Below are positions 62,301 to 64,000 of a stretch of DNA of 64,000 nt, piece after piece. Origin of the DNA: Tubulanus polymorphus (Eukaryota > Animalia > Nemertea); assembly GCF_964204645.1 (NCBI RefSeq), contig NC_134030.1, positions 15,748,110 through 15,812,109 on the forward strand. The letters run 5' to 3'. Position 1 is the stretch's first letter, and each line of letters opens with the position of its first letter. Both the position numbers and the translations under genes were made by a program. A model generated the notes under the pieces. It saw only the letters and a program-made list of their open reading frames with translations, was not told the origin of the DNA and ran no database searches.

Positions 62301-63110
62301 TCGGTTGTTATTCATGGTCGAAAGAGAAAAAACACAGGATTTTACATTTCTAGGTATTGACATGACTCAAGACAATGACAATATACACGTGACACAGAGA
62401 AAGTATGCCGATAGTATGCAACAGGTAGAAATTGACAGGGATACACAGAGAGACAAAGATTCAGACCTCAATGACAATGAGCTCGAGGTGTTACAATCAA
62501 AGCTAGGCCAACTCCTGTGGATAGCACGACAGACACGCCCAGATTTATTATCAGTGAGAAGAAAAGCAAAGATTCACCACCTAAAGGAAATAAATAGACT
62601 TATAAGGAAGTGCAAAGACAAACATGTAGCTTTGAAATTTACACATCTCGGACCGACAGAATCCCTGAAACTTGTTGTGTTTTCCCATTCATCTCTCGGA
62701 AACCTGTCTGATGGAGCCACACAAGGTGGACATATGATTACTCTTATGGGAGAAAATGGATTCTTCGTACCATTGGCATGAAGAAGTTGGAAGAAGCTCC
62801 CTTGCAGGGGAAACCCTTGCCTTGATGGATGCTATAGACCACACCATGTTTGTTTCGGCACTGTATGCAGAATTAACTGGAAAAATTCCATCAATCCCAT
62901 TGTTTGTGTTGTGGATAATCGATCTCTTTGTGATGCAGTAAAATCGACCAAACTAGTTTCTGAAAAACGGCTGAGACTTGAAATGAGTGGTCTGAAAGAA
63001 CTGATAATCAACAACAAAATAAACATTTTGTGGACCGGAACAAAACGACAGTTAGCAGATTGTCTGACCAAAAGAGGAGCATACCCTATGAAACTACTTG
63101 GAGCGCTAGA
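59342..63110 (+). mobile_element. Ty1/copia retrotransposon, GalEa-like, degenerate and 3'-truncated
   Basis: Short LTR-like segment TG...CA (59342-59490) and PBS TGATAGCAGAGC (tRNA-iMet-like). gag start MASNYKIPPAF (59521), CxxCxSxxHxxxxC knuckle, protease ILDTAC, integrase KLHKQFGH / DNGGEF / SNG, RT KARLVARG / DIKTAFLQG / HVDD, RNase H QLADCLTK, all in copia order. No 3' LTR. Confidence 0.88.
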
Positions 63111-63729
63111 TGTATCGGCCCCACTCCGCGCGGTTGCGCCGCCGCGCGGGATTTACGGGAAGCAGCAGAACACAAACATGGCCACTCTCTCAATTTTCAA
63201 TGATAGAAATCGTGTGCATTTCAATTATTTCGGCTGTTAGGGTTTTAAGGCACAATATAAGTTGATGATGTGATATGGCGATGTTAATTAATGATAATTC
63301 CGCAGTGAAGCTAGTCACGAAGGGTGCCGATTGAGTGTACAGCTGCCAAAAACACTGAAATGTGCGTAGTTGCATAACTATTTGCAGTGAATTGCAGACG
63401 AAACATGAAGCCTTAACGGCCGTTTTAAAAAAAATTATACCAATCGCAATTGTAAAATAAAAATGAGATAGAACCTAAGTTAAAATTCTGGCCATTTCTA
63501 AAATGTTATTACTAATTCTTAGTCAGTGCGGAACGTTTAGTTTTCCAACAATAATGAGGGGTGGTAGATAGTCATGCAATTCAAGTCATCATTTATTACA
63601 CGTTACTTCCGTGTTGTTGAAAATCTCGCGAGTCCTGGACCAAACCCCAATGAACAATGTGATCTGTGTGCTGGCCACAAATTCATACAGATCACACTAC
63701 ACTACCCATTACACACTCCAGTACCCACA

Positions 63730-64000
63730 GCTTTCATATATCCATCCAAATATTTAGTGTCCTTAAAACTTGCAACAATCATAGATGATGTCATTAGCTA
63801 CAACTTTCCAATTGATTGTGGTTACAAAATATGCATAGGTACGAATATAATATAGAAATGCTAAGATATTGCATTATTCAACGCCCCCTGGTGGCCATAT
63901 ACAAAATCCAATGACCTTGAAACTCACCACAATCATAGAACACGTTATGAGCTACAACTTTCTAAATGATTGTGGTAACAAAATACGCTTAGGTATCAAT
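63730..64000 (+). repeat. Another copy of the 154-bp HINE array, running off the window end
   Basis: Matches the units at 57583-58190. Confidence 0.75.

Overview
This is AT-rich animal (invertebrate) genomic DNA, not prokaryotic. It holds two convergent, intron-containing host genes. On + is an apparently complete CFAP45/CCDC19 ciliary gene (~7704-20926, about 566 aa) with what look like two paralogous alternative last exons. On - are the last five coding exons of PDSS1 (decaprenyl-diphosphate synthase subunit 1, 52747 to 29387); its 5' part lies beyond the window. Nearly everything else is transposable-element derived: a young non-coding LTR element, a Sola1-type DNA transposon with a spliced but broken transposase, a DIRS1-type retrotransposon with intact termini plus three decayed DIRS pieces, a GalEa-like copia element, and a Penelope-like remnant whose two inverted terminal repeats carry hammerhead-ribozyme motifs. 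There are also CR1/L2-like LINE 3' ends, Helentron-associated (HINE/CvA-like) elements with internal tandem arrays, and many MITEs and SINEs. I found no convincing wholly new protein system. The most interesting observations are the duplicated CFAP45 terminal exon, strand-asymmetric decay of the hammerhead pair inside a PDSS1 intron, a tandem duplication with a locally templated 54-bp junction insert, a splice donor masked by a U1-like sequence in the DIRS terminus, and the PBS-less LTR element. All assignments come from manual reading, with no database searches.
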